Below are positions 1 to 11,450 of a DNA stretch of 64,000 bases, in pieces (the first letter of the stretch is position 1; every line of letters starts with the position of its first letter). The position numbers and the translations under genes were made by a program. Source of the stretch: Octopus sinensis. Taxonomy: Eukaryota. Below the pieces are notes generated by a model. It saw only the letters and a list, made by a program, of their open reading frames with translations, was not told the origin of the DNA and did not search any database. Where the stretch lies: positions 50,282,001 to 50,346,000 of the forward strand of contig NC_043008.1 of NCBI RefSeq assembly GCF_006345805.1. The letters run 5' to 3'.

Positions 1-42
1 TTTTCTTTTTTTTTTTTTTATTTTTCGTCCTAAAACTCATAG

Positions 43-87
43 AATGATAGCCTACAAATCCTTCATACAAGCATCTGGATAAGAATG
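43..87 (+). CDS. nAChR-like subunit, 45-nt loop D exon (NDSLQILHTSIWIRM)
   Basis: Pyrimidine tract + AG at 41-42, GTATGT donor at 88. The 45-nt phase-0 exon matches the typical DEKNQ.LTT..W... exon. Not in the ORF track. Confidence 0.88.
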
Positions 88-352
88 GTATGTAAGCATT
101 AATCTTCATATCTCTGTAAATTGAAATAATGTCATTGATTCACATAATGTCACTCGCTGCAGATCTTGCTAGAAATGTCGCCATGCACACATACAGCACC
201 AAATCACACTCAACAAACCTCCTAAACACACACAGGCTTCATGTTCATCAAGGCTCACATACAGAATAGCGCAAGGCCCACACTCAGTGCAACACAAAGC
301 CAACACATAATACAGCGCAAAGCTCACACACAACACAAGGCCAACATACAAC

Positions 353-663
353 GGTTATGACGAAGAGTGTTTCAGTTGATCCGATCAATGGAACAGCCTG
401 CTGGTGAAATTAATGTGCAAGTGGCTGAGCACTCCACAGATACATGTAACCCTTAACGTAGTTCTCAGGGAGATTCAGCATGACACAGAGTGTAACAAAG
501 CTGGCCCTTTGAAATACAGATACAACTCATTTTTGCCAGCTGAGTGGACGGGGGCAATGTGAAATAAGGTGTTTTGCTCAAAGGCACAATGTGCTGCTGA
601 AAATCGAACTCTCAACCTTGCAATCATGAGCTGAATCCCCTAGCCACTAAGTCACACGCCTTC
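353..663 (-). mobile_element. tRNA-derived SINE (family C in this report)
   Basis: A/B-box-like head on minus strand; head and body shared with 40257-40738; tail shared with 51468-51660. Confidence 0.7.
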
Positions 664-669
664 AACCCA

Positions 670-1260
670 AATACAACTCAGCACAATACAAAGCCCACAC
701 AGAATGTAATTTAGGACTCACACAGAACACAAAACAAGGCTGATGTACAACACAACACAAGGATCATGATTACTCAATGTAAAACCCTCTCACAACACAG
801 CACAAGCCCTTTCACAACACAGTGCAAGTCTCTCTCACAACACAGCACAACACCCTTTCACAACACAGCACAACACCCTCTCACAACACAGCACAAGGCC
901 CTCTCACAACACAGTGCAAGTCCCTCTCACAACACAGCACAAATCCCTCTCACAACACAGCACAAGACCTTCTCACAACACAGCACAAGACCATCGCACA
1001 GCACAGCACAAGATCCTCTCACAATACAGCACATGTCCCTCTCACAACACAGCACAAGACCATCACACAGCACAGCACAACACCCTCTCACAATACAGCA
1101 CATGTCCCTCTCACAACACAGAACAAGTCCCTCACACAACACAGCACAAGGCCCTCTTACAACACAGCACAAATGCCTCTCACAACACTGCACAAGACCC
1201 TCTCACAACACCATCTCACAACACAATTCAAAACACACACACACAATAATTCTCATAACA
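670..1260. repeat. CA-rich minisatellite, ~20-25 bp unit (CCTCTCACAACACAGCACAAG-like)
   Basis: Recurring cacaacacagcacaa units; explains ORFs 766..1365, 822..1274, 914..1249 and 927..1193. Confidence 0.85.
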
Positions 1261-1392
1261 CTTACAAGGTCTAAAGATAACAACCGACACAATAACACAA
1301 AACTCAAACACTACACTCCCACAACACGGCTGTTCAGATCCATTCTAGTTGTGACAGAAATGTAAAGGGACTTTGTTTCTGTATTGCTGTAG

Positions 1393-1502
1393 CAATGGAA
1401 TGATTGTAGACTGAGCTGGAATAAGACCGATTTTGAAGACATCGACCAAATACTTGTGTCTAACAAAGAGGTTTGGATTCCTGATATTGCGCTCTACGAG
1501 AA
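1393..1502 (+). CDS. nAChR-like subunit, 110-nt loop A exon (QWNDCRLSWNKTDFEDIDQILVSNKEVWIPDIALYE-N)
   Basis: ctgtAG acceptor at 1391-1392, GTAAGT donor at 1503; WxD..L.W and WxPDI.LY motifs. Confidence 0.95.
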
Positions 1503-1519
1503 GTAAGTAATCCTCTGTT

Positions 1520-1700
1520 TTAACCCTTTAGCATTTAACCCAGTCGTATCTGACCAAAATATTCTGTTTTGTGTTCAAACTGGCCAGATCTGACCTTTCA
1601 CACCAACCATACAATATCGTTCAAAAATAAATATTTATATCATCGAAATCCTGAAGCTATGAGATACTGTATTAAAAGAATGGGAATAAATAAACGTTAC
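1520..1700. mobile_element. piggyBac-like MITE fragment (TTAA-CCCTTTAGCATT end)
   Basis: Same terminus and internal sequence (reversed) as 28092-28318; begins 17 nt after the exon donor site. Confidence 0.55.
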
Positions 1701-2417
1701 ATTTGATAGAGTCACCTGAATGTTGGAAAGTTAAACATGTAGGCAATGCTATTTGAAACAGGTTTGTTCGGTCGCAAAATATTAGCTGGGAGTCAACTAC
1801 AGTTATCTCCCCTGTTGAATGTTCTAGAACATTCCAAGCAACAGAGTTTAGCTCTCCCCCTTTGCTTGCATACAAGGTGTAACTGCTAAACCACACACAG
1901 GAGGGCGTTAGAAGTAATATTGCCTACTTAAGAGCGAATTCCAATTGAATTGCTCTCTTCTTCTGTAAGACATGATGAGGTCAACATCAGAGAGAGAGAG
2001 CCAGGTATAAGGATTCGATATTCTTTCCTACCAGCAACTCGCTATGGTATTCTTCACCTAGTGCCTGTCTGAAAGTAATTTTTGTAGTTTGAATTCCTCC
2101 TATTTTCTCACTGTCATCGTGGAACATGAGGTTCATAATCTTAATATTTAATTCCAGATAACCTCATTGAACATTGTATACTCACAGTATGAATTCGTTT
2201 GTGATACGTCTGAATAAAGCCTTGGATACAAAGTTGTTCACGCTCTGATACAAGTGTATGTTGTCCCTTACTGTACCAGAGGTATAATACAGTCATTGAA
2301 TTAATGACCGAGTACAGTCACTAAAGTGTTGACATCTTCATTAGTGACTTCCTTCACTAAAATGGTGACCCTGAGCAGTTCTTCACTAAAAACACAATGC
2401 CTCTAGTATTAAATGAT

Positions 2418-2720
2418 AAACCTCACCCTTTTCAAGCCTAGCCAGGCTCATGGGCCCGGTTTCCTGGTTTCTGTGGCGTATGTGTTCCTCCCAGCTGGGA
2501 GGGACACCAGTCCATCGCAGCATTACACAAGAAACAGGAAGAGAGAGTGAGAGAAAGATGTGGCGAAAGAGCACAACAGGGTTCGCCACCCCTGCTGAGC
2601 CTCGGGGTGCTTTTAGCTGTTTCCGCTCAATAAACACACACAACACCTGGTCTGGGAATCGAAACCGCAATCCTCCGACCACGAGTCCACTACCCTAACC
2701 ACTGGGCCATTGCGCCTCCA
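2418..2720 (-). mobile_element. tRNA-derived SINE (OR-like head/body, tail X)
   Basis: Head TGGAGGCGCAATGGCCCAGTGGTTAG...GGTTTCGATTCCC; similar to 44518-44805 and 55899-56180. Confidence 0.8.
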
Positions 2721-2879
2721 TGCCTCTACTATTACTAATATTCAAATGCAGCTCCTACTACTAATGCGTGTTTTTGTTGCAGTTGTTGTTTTAACGATGA
2801 TGATGCTGTATAAACCCAAATCATTCTTGTTTGATCACCAAATACCTATGATCATGAAAAGACACTTCATCTGTAATCA

Positions 2880-3227
2880 TACATACAGGCCGTTGCCAGC
2901 CTCGGCTGGCCCACGTGCCGGTGGCACATAAAAAGCACCATCCGATCGTGGCAGTTTGCCAGCCTCGCCTGGCCCCCATGCCGGTGGCACGTAAAAAGCA
3001 CCATCCGTCCGTGGCCGTTTGCCAGCTCCATCTGGCACCTGTGTGGGTGGCACGTAAAAAGCACCCACAGAGTGGTTGGTGTTAGGAAGGGCATCCAGCC
3101 GTAGAAACACTGTCAGATCAGACTGGGCCTGGTGCAGCCTTCTGGCGTCACAGACCCCAGTTGAACCATCCAACCCATGCTAGCATGGAAGGCGGACGCT
3201 AAATGATGATGATGATGATGATGATGA
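2880..3227 (+). mobile_element. RTE-LINE 3' end-derived repeat with tandem ~60-bp units and (GAT)n tail
   Basis: Ends AACCCATGCTAGCATGGAAGGCGGACGCTAAATGATGATG. Other copies near 12190-12410, 21310-21590, 23160-23350, 29560-29900, 30745-30905, 35530-35930, 41380-41720, 42400-42540. Confidence 0.75.
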
Positions 3228-3586
3228 CAGCCATTACAATCTTTACAAGTAAATCAAATATCATGCCTAGCAAAAAATAAAATGAAATGAGAGAAAAAAA
3301 AGAGATTCAGTGTGTAACTTTTAATAGTGGTTTGCATCAGCAAAAATAAGTTTATAACTTTGGGTAAGTCTCATATTTTAGGAGACAAATGGATCCTGAT
3401 GATCAAGACTGTGGAATATGAACTTATAAATGTATCTAGGACTACATTATCTTAATGCTTCCACATCTTCAAAAACTATATGATATGATCTGAGGAAGAT
3501 TTTTTGCCGATTTTTCTAGCCATCCATGCTACTGCTGCAAACGAGTTCTCTCGTTACATTTAATGTAGATATATGTGTATGTCACA

Positions 3587-3835
3587 TAAAGGTGGCGAGC
3601 TGGAGAAGGCGGTGAGCTGCCAGAAATGTTAGCGCCAGGCAAAATGCTTTGCAGTATTCCGTCTGCCACTACGTTCTGGGTTCAAATTCCGCCGAGGTTG
3701 ACTTTGCCTTTCATTCTTTCAGGGTTGATTAAATAAGTACCAGTTACACACTGGGGTTGATATAATTGACTTAATCCCTTTGTCTGTCATTGTTTGTCCC
3801 CTCTGTGTTCAGCCCCTTGTGGGTAGTAAAGAAAT
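3587..3835 (+). mobile_element. SINE family A with 18-bp TSD
   Basis: TSD ATATATGTGTATGTCACA at 3569-3586 and 3836-3853; B-box-like GTTCAAATTCC. Confidence 0.85.
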
Positions 3836-3930
3836 ATATATGTGTATGTCACACAACATTTCAGTACACCTGAGATGCTATTCTTACATAAATAATTTTT
3901 TTTTTATTTATTTCATTTTATTTATTTCAG

Positions 3931-4463
3931 TGTGGATTATGTTCTGAAAGGGATCCTGGAATATTACAATGTCAGAATATTTTCCAATGGGGCTATGTAT
4001 TACCGTTTCCCATCAGTTGTCAAAAGCTCCTGTATGCTACAGACCAAGAATTTCCCTTTCGACAAACAGTTCTGCAATATGACCTTTTCATCGTGGGCAT
4101 ACTTCCTTAATGAACTGGACCTTTATCCATCATCAGTAACTGGAGACACGTCGAATTACGTACAGAACTCAGAGTGGGCTCTCATCAGTCTTAAAGCAAT
4201 CAGAAACGAGGTGAAGCACTCCAGTGGTGTGAGCAGTGAGCTAATATATGTTATTTCGCTCGAACGGAAACCGTTTTTCCACATCCTCAGCTTCATATTT
4301 CCCTGTCTTTTAATCAGTAGTATATCTCTCCTGGGTTTCCTATTACCACCGAGTTCCGGAGAGAAAGTCTCCATTGGTGTAACAGTTCTCCTCTCATTGT
4401 CAGTGTTCTTATTAGTCGTCAACCAAACACTTCCAGCCAATTCAGACGAGATTCCTTATATAG
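3931..4463 (+). CDS. nAChR-like subunit, 533-nt exon: loop E, Cys-loop, loop B, loop C, M1, M2
   Basis: tttcAG acceptor at 3929-3930, GTAGGT donor at 4464; overlaps ORF 3932..4513; KSSC-x13-C, FPFD, GEK, PYIG. Confidence 0.97.
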
Positions 4464-5751
4464 GTAGGTGCATTTTGGGTGTGTTGCTTCTCATGTTCTC
4501 TTCTTCGTTTTGACTAGTATTTGTTCTTTCTACAGTAGTGGTAAGAGCTCAATGACCTAATTCTATAATGTGAGCACAAATGACCTTAACCAGTCGAGCA
4601 TGTCCCTTAGTGGCTGACGATATGTGCATCTCTGATCACGAGCAGAAGTAGTGGGGGAGCATCATAGCTGTGTGTTGAAAGGAATTCTTAGAGGTTTGGA
4701 TAATTCACCTTTGGAAACATGGGTGGTTCGTTCAGCATCCTTAAACAGTCCTTATTCAAGTACCTTTTGAGCGGAATGGGCTACTCGACCAGAAGAAAAT
4801 TCTAACTGGGCCCCACCTACAAGGTTACGTGATCTTTATCTTGATATGAGATCACCATGTCGCCAACATATGGTTGTGATGCATGTGCCTAGTGTACCCT
4901 TATCAGATGGTAGCTATGATGGGTATACTGGGCTTCGTATATTTTACCTCAGTGTCACTTTGACGGCATGGACTGCTCTCTCACTCAATAATAATAATGA
5001 TGATGATAATAGTAATAATGATAATAATAATAATAATATGCCATAACATTAAAGGAATTTATTCAGTCAATGAATGAGTCTGTAGATAGTCGCCTGACTT
5101 GCTATCAATAGTAACCAAATGTTTCTCTGCTTTAAAGAGAAACCCTGAACAGCAGAGCAATTCAATAACAGATGCACAGAACGTGGTTTGTGAACACAGA
5201 TTGGAACTGGACAGAATTCCATCAGTAAATGTAACAGATTTTATCAAAACAAGTTAGCATAAATGTGTTTGTGAGAATGTACATATTTACTTCTTTTGCA
5301 ATGCTGACTGAATAATGCGTTGTAGTAAACGTTATCGAAAACTGTATACATGTATTTTCAAGTTATCCAACATATATTACAACAATTTGTAATATATGTT
5401 GGATAACTTGTCGTGAATATGTACATACATATATTTTTTCTTTTACAAAATGAATGGAATAATGTATTGTAACATCTAATGTAATCAAGCAGGTACTTTA
5501 CCAAAGGTTAAGAGAAGAATTTCATACCGTGCGTGATTTTAAACTGGTGGAAGTTATTCTGTGTAGATCGAGTCAGGGACGAATCTAGCTAGGAGCAAGA
5601 CCTTAGTGTAGTGAGCAAGGTAAAACGTGACACCATGCCTATAAGCTGTCAGTGACAACAAAAAGAAAATGAAGCAATGTTGTGTTTGAATTGTTAGAAC
5701 ATGGCTAAAATTTTTGATTGAATAAACTTTATGATTGGTTAAAATAACCTA

Positions 5752-6596
5752 AGGTGGGCACAGTTCATCGAAAAGATAACTTTGTTCACCATTAAACTGT
5801 TAGCCAAAAAGTCAACTTCGATAACCGTTAGTCAGTTAATTCATTAAAAATGTAACGGAAGTTATAGATAAACCGTTAACATTAATTTTTATTATAGAAA
5901 AAAAAAACATCAGTTTTTGTTCTAAAACCACTAAAAACACCTTTAAAATGTGCCAAAAACTATAAAATCCATTAACAATTCAATTGAAGTTAACGGAAGT
6001 TAACACAAGTTGACTTGAGTTAACAGAAGTTGTATCTTTTCGGTTTGAACGGCAGTTTTCAACATAATTTCTAGGTAACTAAAAAATTTTAAACTTCGTA
6101 TACTGGTAGAATGTGTTTATAAAACATCTTTTTCTCTTGGCTTTATTGAGAAAATTCTATAGTTTGTAAGATATTTGTTGTTTTCTTTCTTCAATTTCTG
6201 CAATTTCAACCAATCAATGACGTCTATTGTGGTGAAAACATTCTGTGCCGTATGAATATGTCCCTCGTTTAAGAAACAGATTGGGTTTATTTACATTTCT
6301 GAAGAAAAAAAGATACCCTTCCCCCCACCCCTAACCCTAAAACAGATTGAAATGCAATAGATCGATACTAGGTTCATAATTATGGGTGACAATTTCATAT
6401 GACACCGCTAGAAAAAACTGCCGTTCAAACCGAAAAGATCCAATTTTTTTCTATAATAAAAATTAACGTTAGCGGTTTATTAATAATTTCTGTTACATTT
6501 TAAAAGAATTAACTGATTAACGGTTATCAAAATCAACTTTTTGGTTAACAGACTAACAGCTAACGAAGTTAACTTTTCGATTAACGGTGTCCACTT
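5752..6596. mobile_element. Long-TIR MITE/foldback element (~160-bp imperfect TIRs)
   Basis: 5752-~5910 is the imperfect reverse complement of ~6440-6596. Confidence 0.75.
6034..6439. mobile_element. MITE nested in the 5752-6596 element
   Basis: Perfect 26-bp TIR ATCTTTTCGGTTTGAACGGCAGTTTT (6034-6059 / 6414-6439); internal sequence shared with 16010-16325. Confidence 0.75.
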
Positions 6597-6811
6597 TTGG
6601 AAATCAGTTGTTGGCTCATATTATTTTATTCTGTAGTATTGTATTATTCTCCACTGTTATATTCTATCATTATGGCATATTCTAGTCTATTTTATAATAG
6701 CTTCTATCATATTGTGCTGTATTCCTTTCTATTCTGCTGTATTCTGTTGTATTAGAGTCTTTACAAAGGAGTTGTCTTTTTATAAGAATTGTTTATTTAT
6801 CTTTGTTCTAG

Positions 6812-7038
6812 GTATCTATTTCGCTAGTTGTATGATGTTGGTCTCCCTGTCGTGTGTGATGGCTGTAATAACGGTCAATATTCATTATAAAAGTAGCATG
6901 GGAACGACTTTCCCTGCTTGGATGGAGAAATTACAACAAAGCTGGCTTGGAAACATAATTGGTCCGAAAGCAGTTATGAAGAATACACCTGAAACTTTGG
7001 CCGAAATTACAAGGACCCATTCATCAAGAGTGAACCAG
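6812..7038 (+). CDS. nAChR-like subunit, M3 and start of intracellular loop (GIYFASCMMLVSLSCVMAVITVNIHY...SRVNQ)
   Basis: ttctAG acceptor at 6810-6811, GTAATT donor at 7039; phase 1 entry completes Gly of PYIG; MX-helix-like FPAWMEKL. Confidence 0.93.
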
Positions 7039-8079
7039 GTAATTTCCAGTTCCTTTGGTTTAGATATTATAACATTAAAGTAAATAATTTAGCATCAAGA
7101 AAATTGCTGATCATCTGATATATGTGTGCGTGCATGTGTGTGTGTGTGTGTGTGTGCAAATACACACACACATACAACAAAATTAATACTTCAGTTCTTA
7201 CACCTGAATAAGTTAGAATTTTGTTTTACATAGTGGCACACACACCACGCTTGCACACAAGCACACATATACACACACAGTACATGTAAAACACATCTTA
7301 AATTTGGTGTTGTATATGTTTTTCTCTTTCTCTTGTCAAAAGGACAGATATTGCAGTATTTGTACAGAGAAAACATCTTTAATGGACTTGCTGTGTTAAA
7401 AACACAATAAACATCAGAGGGAGGTGAAAATTTGTCCCAGTAATGTCCAGCGAGAGTGTCACATAGATTTTGGCCTTTTTGACCATCAGCGATGTTGTGA
7501 AAAGCCGTCCAGCTGAATAAAAATCCGATATATGCAACTGAGGCAATATTTTATTGAAATAGCCGTCTATGTACCAGGGACACTAAATTCTCCTCCAAGC
7601 ATGTGGCTGGCTGCCAATGCACACCATTGGAAAGGCTTAAAAGGTTGAAATGCATCTGGCACAATCACTGACCGTTCCTAGTACGAATTTTCACATCTCT
7701 CTAATATTTATTGTGTTTTTAAAACAGTAAGTCCATCAAAGATGTTAGCTCAGGACAAATACTGCAATAACTGGACTAAGAACAGCGTGTATACATTAAG
7801 TATGATACATAGATGGCTATTTTAATTAAATACTGCTTCAATTGTATATACTGCATTATTAATAAGCCGGATTGTTATTTGCAACATCAGTAAACGATTT
7901 AGTCACTTTTTCATTTATCAGGAGCGACGAGACTGTAAGCGCCATTAGAAAAGCCCTAAAAAGGTCTAAATGCATTTGGCACTCTCACTGCCACCCGTCA
8001 GAACAAACTTTCCTCTCTTTCTCTCCCCTTCTCTCTCCTCTGACATTTATTGTGATTTTAACACAGCAAATCCATAAGA

Positions 8080-8720
8080 GATGTAATCTCAGAAGAAATA
8101 TAGCTGTAACCAAGCTAAAATGATAATAACAAGGGCACTCGCAGAGCACCAATCTCTGCTAAAGCAACACCAACATCCTCTCAATGATTAGCCAGAGATG
8201 ATTATTAAAATGAGAATATCTGAAATAAACTTGACTGCTCTCACAAATGAGAATACTAATGAATAGAATGAACCCAACCACTCTAAAAAATTAAGTAAAA
8301 AAACTGTAAAAATATTCCAGAATCCTTGTCCGGTACCTGATCGATCCCAATGGTAGTCATGGAATGTGAAGGTGGCTGTAGAAAATTTAGTAATAGTAAT
8401 AAATAAAGGGTTTATCATAGCATCCCAAGATCAATGCCTACCTACAAGGAGCTACCAGGCTTAACATATTAAAGAATGGCAAGAGCCCAACATGTCATGT
8501 ATGTAAACAACAAAATGAAATCACTGATCATGTTGCCTCCATGTGCAGTCTTCTTGTGCTTACAAAGTATGATAGAGCAACAGGCATGATAGAACAGCAC
8601 AGTATATTCACTTGGTAATTTGCAAAAACCTGGACCTGCCCCATCATGAGAATTAGTGGGAACGCAAACCACCTCCAGCTTGAAAATGATCACATCTCAC
8701 TCCTCTGGAACTTCGCCATA
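8080..8720 (+). mobile_element. Decayed RLE-type (R4/Dong-like) non-LTR retrotransposon fragment
   Basis: Frameshifted translation GFIIASQDQCLPTRSY...TCHVCKQQNEITDHVASMC...RHD...ENDHISLLWNF (zinc-knuckle region). Confidence 0.65.
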
Positions 8721-9006
8721 GTACGGTTCAGATAGAATCAATGTGTCACTGTTATCTCGCTTCCACTTCATCTAACAGGTTTCTACATATGTTTCCGTCC
8801 ACCCAATTTAACTGACAAGGATTGGGTTGATCCGGGTGATTGGCTAGAGTACAAAAGAGACCATTATTTAATGTACTTCTCAGTGACCACGAAAATATTA
8901 TCAATGTCAAAATAAAAGTTTTTTTTACGTAAATTTAATTTAAATTGAATAAATTTTGATTCACTTCTATTCATCTTTATTTTTATTTCTTTTTCTTTTT
9001 CTCAAG

Positions 9007-9345
9007 TTTAATCCCAAGAAAGAAAGTTCCTGTCACAGACGTAAAGGAATCGAAGGTTTAGCTTACCACAATAGCTCATTCGTCAGTGATGGCGATCGCA
9101 ACGACGACGAAATATCAAGCATTGAGAAAAACGAGAAAACAAACATGAAAGAACATGACAGCCTGATTGAAACCCTGGAATTATTTCTACAATATCTCAC
9201 TAAACACGACAGTTACATGGAAAGTACCGTTGGAAACAAATGGAAGCTCTTTGCCCTGTTCCTGGACAGGACATTTATGATCACTCATATTATAACATTT
9301 ATTCTAACGACGGCGGCCCTATTGATTCTTTGTGCATACTTTTAA
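9007..9345 (+). CDS. nAChR-like subunit, terminal exon: intracellular loop, MA helix, M4, stop
   Basis: Long pyrimidine tract + ctcaAG at 9005-9006; in frame with ORF 8956..9345; WKLFALFLDRTFM M4 motif; TAA at 9343-9345. Confidence 0.92.
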   Translation, partial: FNPKKESSCHRRKGIEGLAYHNSSFVSDGDRNDDEISSIEKNEKTNMKEHDSLIETLELFLQYLTKHDSYMESTVGNKWKLFALFLDRTFMITHIITFILTTAALLILCAYF

Positions 9346-10065
9346 AGTATTTTGCCACTGTTTTAATAAATTACATGTACATATATACAAGCATATATAC
9401 ATACAATCGTACATGCATATCACACGCATATATTTACCAAGACACTTGATGTATGAGATCAAAGGACTTCGCAGAGTCAGTGATATCGTTGACCTATACA
9501 TATTAGCAGCACTACTTACCAGATCCTTATTTGTTTCAAGAGGACTTAACAGAGATGACGGATTAGTCTTCTCAAAAACGTGACACACAACAAATTCAGG
9601 AAATAAAAAAGGCATCTCTTTTTTAACTGCAAATACACAAATACACTGCTACCACTAAGCCACACCCACAAGATAAACCAATATATATATATATGTAAAA
9701 GACTTGAAAGACAAAAAATATTACAATCTGACAAAGCGGCGACCGGTGAAATTTTGAAGTTACTGTCAATCTTTCCTTAGTAGAAATAAATGTGATACTC
9801 TACTTAAATGTATTGTGTGATCTTTCAACTAATGTTTGACTGTTTTATGCATAGCTGCACTTACATACATATATCTAGAGCAAGAGAGAGAGAGGGAATT
9901 AAACACACACACACACACTGATATGTCCCATGATGATGATGTATTTTTTTGCCTATGGACCTCTTTCGTTCCTATTTTACTTGGGATCGTGGGTGGGGAA
10001 GTCTCGTAGCCATTTCATGTCTAAAACCTCCTATTACATTTTTATGATTATTGGGAATTGTAATA

Positions 10066-10194
10066 CAGTTCTATATTAAGGGATGAGGAATTATGTACAT
10101 TATTTACATTTGACGGATATTTGTCCTCATCTTGTTTGTTGTTGTTAACAACAAACAAGATGAGGACAAATATCCGTCAAATGTAAATAATGTA
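10066..10194. repeat. Perfect inverted repeat (45-bp arms) formed from a putative Penelope-like terminal repeat
   Basis: 10096-10140 is the exact reverse complement of 10150-10194; the same repeat occurs at 48672-48825. Confidence 0.8.
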
Positions 10195-11039
10195 TTGGAA
10201 ATTGTATTTTAAAATTTGTTAAAATTTTGTGTATTATTGAAGTAAAATCAATTCATTGCAAATAAATTTTAACAGCAAAATCATGGGACCCCTAATGACC
10301 ACATGGACCCTGGTTGAGAACCACTGCTTTAGAGGGTCGATACAGTGAGCTCATGCCCTTTTTTTTAATTATTATTTCTATGAAAACAAGCACCTATGTG
10401 TCTGTGACATTCAATTGGCTAAAATTGCCCAAAATTTGCAAACTTTAAAAGCTATTAACTTTTTATTTATTATTTAAGGTAAAAATGAATTTCATTTCCA
10501 TAATTAGCATACAAAACTACATCAATACACCTAATTTGAAATCAATTAGAAAAAAAAAATTGAAGGAATTGGAAAATGAAAGCCAACAGAAAAGTTTTCT
10601 TTTTCTCTGAAATTATTACCAGGAGAAGCAAAAGTTTTTGAATTCCATATACACCCTAGGCATTTTCAGCAGGTCTCATATACCACAAATTTACCAACAC
10701 AACACTATTTATCTTGTTTCTGCAGCAGTAATTTACAGTCGAGCCGTTAACATTATTTAACACTTCAACCAGTACAAACAGAAAAGTACAATATTACGGG
10801 TTCTACAGTTCATCATCCACCAAACTGTTTGAGGCAGATAAGCTATATTTAGTTGTAATTGTGGCAGTTGGGGTGTTGTTGGTAGTGTTGCTGGGAAAGG
10901 GGTTGAAGTCATGGTGGTGGTGGTGGCTGTGGTGTACTAATTAATGGTGCTGCCGATGTTGCAGCTACTCGACTTAGAAGGTGCCAAATGGAGAAATTGT
11001 TCTGTCATATTTTTCATTCTTGTTGTTCTTGTAACCAGC

Positions 11040-11450
11040 AATTTTAAAGAGGAGTGAGTAAGTGGATTACATCTGCCCTAATACTTGATTGGAGCCTTAT
11101 TTTATTGACTCCGAAAGGATGAAGGGCAAAGTTGACCTTGGCGGGTTTTGAGCTCAGAACGCATAAATGGACGAAATGCCTCTAAGCATCTGCCCAGTTT
11201 GTCACCTTAATAACAACAACAACAATAACAATAACAATCCTTTCTATTATAGGCACAGGAGCTGAAATTTGGCGGGAGGGAGACTAGATGATTACATCCA
11301 CCCCAGTGCTCACCTGCTACTTAATTTATCGACCCCACCAAAAGGATGAAAGGCTAAGTCGACCTTGGCGAAATTTGAACTCAGAACGTAAGGACGAACA
11401 AGATGCTGTTGAGCATTTTACCCAGTGTGCTTCCAGTTTTGTCAGTTTCC
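11040..11450 (-). mobile_element. Two decayed SINE family A copies
   Basis: GGATGAAAGGCAAAGTCGACCTTGGCG...TTTGAACTCAGAACG core occurs twice. Confidence 0.7.

Larger units (their letters stand above)
43..9345 (+). other. Gene model (5'-partial): atypical nicotinic acetylcholine receptor-like Cys-loop ligand-gated cation channel subunit; exons 43-87, 1393-1502, 3931-4463, 6812-7038, 9007-9345
   Basis: Five exons with GT-AG boundaries and consistent phases (0,0,2,1,0) splice into one 417-aa frame. It contains WxD..L.W, WIPDIALY, a 13-residue Cys-loop CMLQTKNFPFDKQFC, SSWAY, M1-M3 (PPSSGEKVSIGVTVLLSLSVFLL) and M4 (WKLFALFLDR). Confidence 0.95.

Noticed and set aside
766-1365. Three overlapping T/Q/H/S-rich ORFs
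   Set aside because: Produced by a stop-poor CA-rich minisatellite inside a receptor intron.
2880-3060. CRISPR-like repeat-spacer appearance of the ~60-bp units (also 35700-35920, 41560-41720)
   Set aside because: Units are tandem with homologous spacers and belong to a LINE 3' UTR; eukaryotic context, no cas genes.
43-9345. Calling the receptor a cephalopod chemotactile receptor or a named CHRNA orthologue
   Set aside because: The gene has multiple introns and keeps loop A/B/D aromatics; orthology cannot be set without a tree, so no symbol is given.
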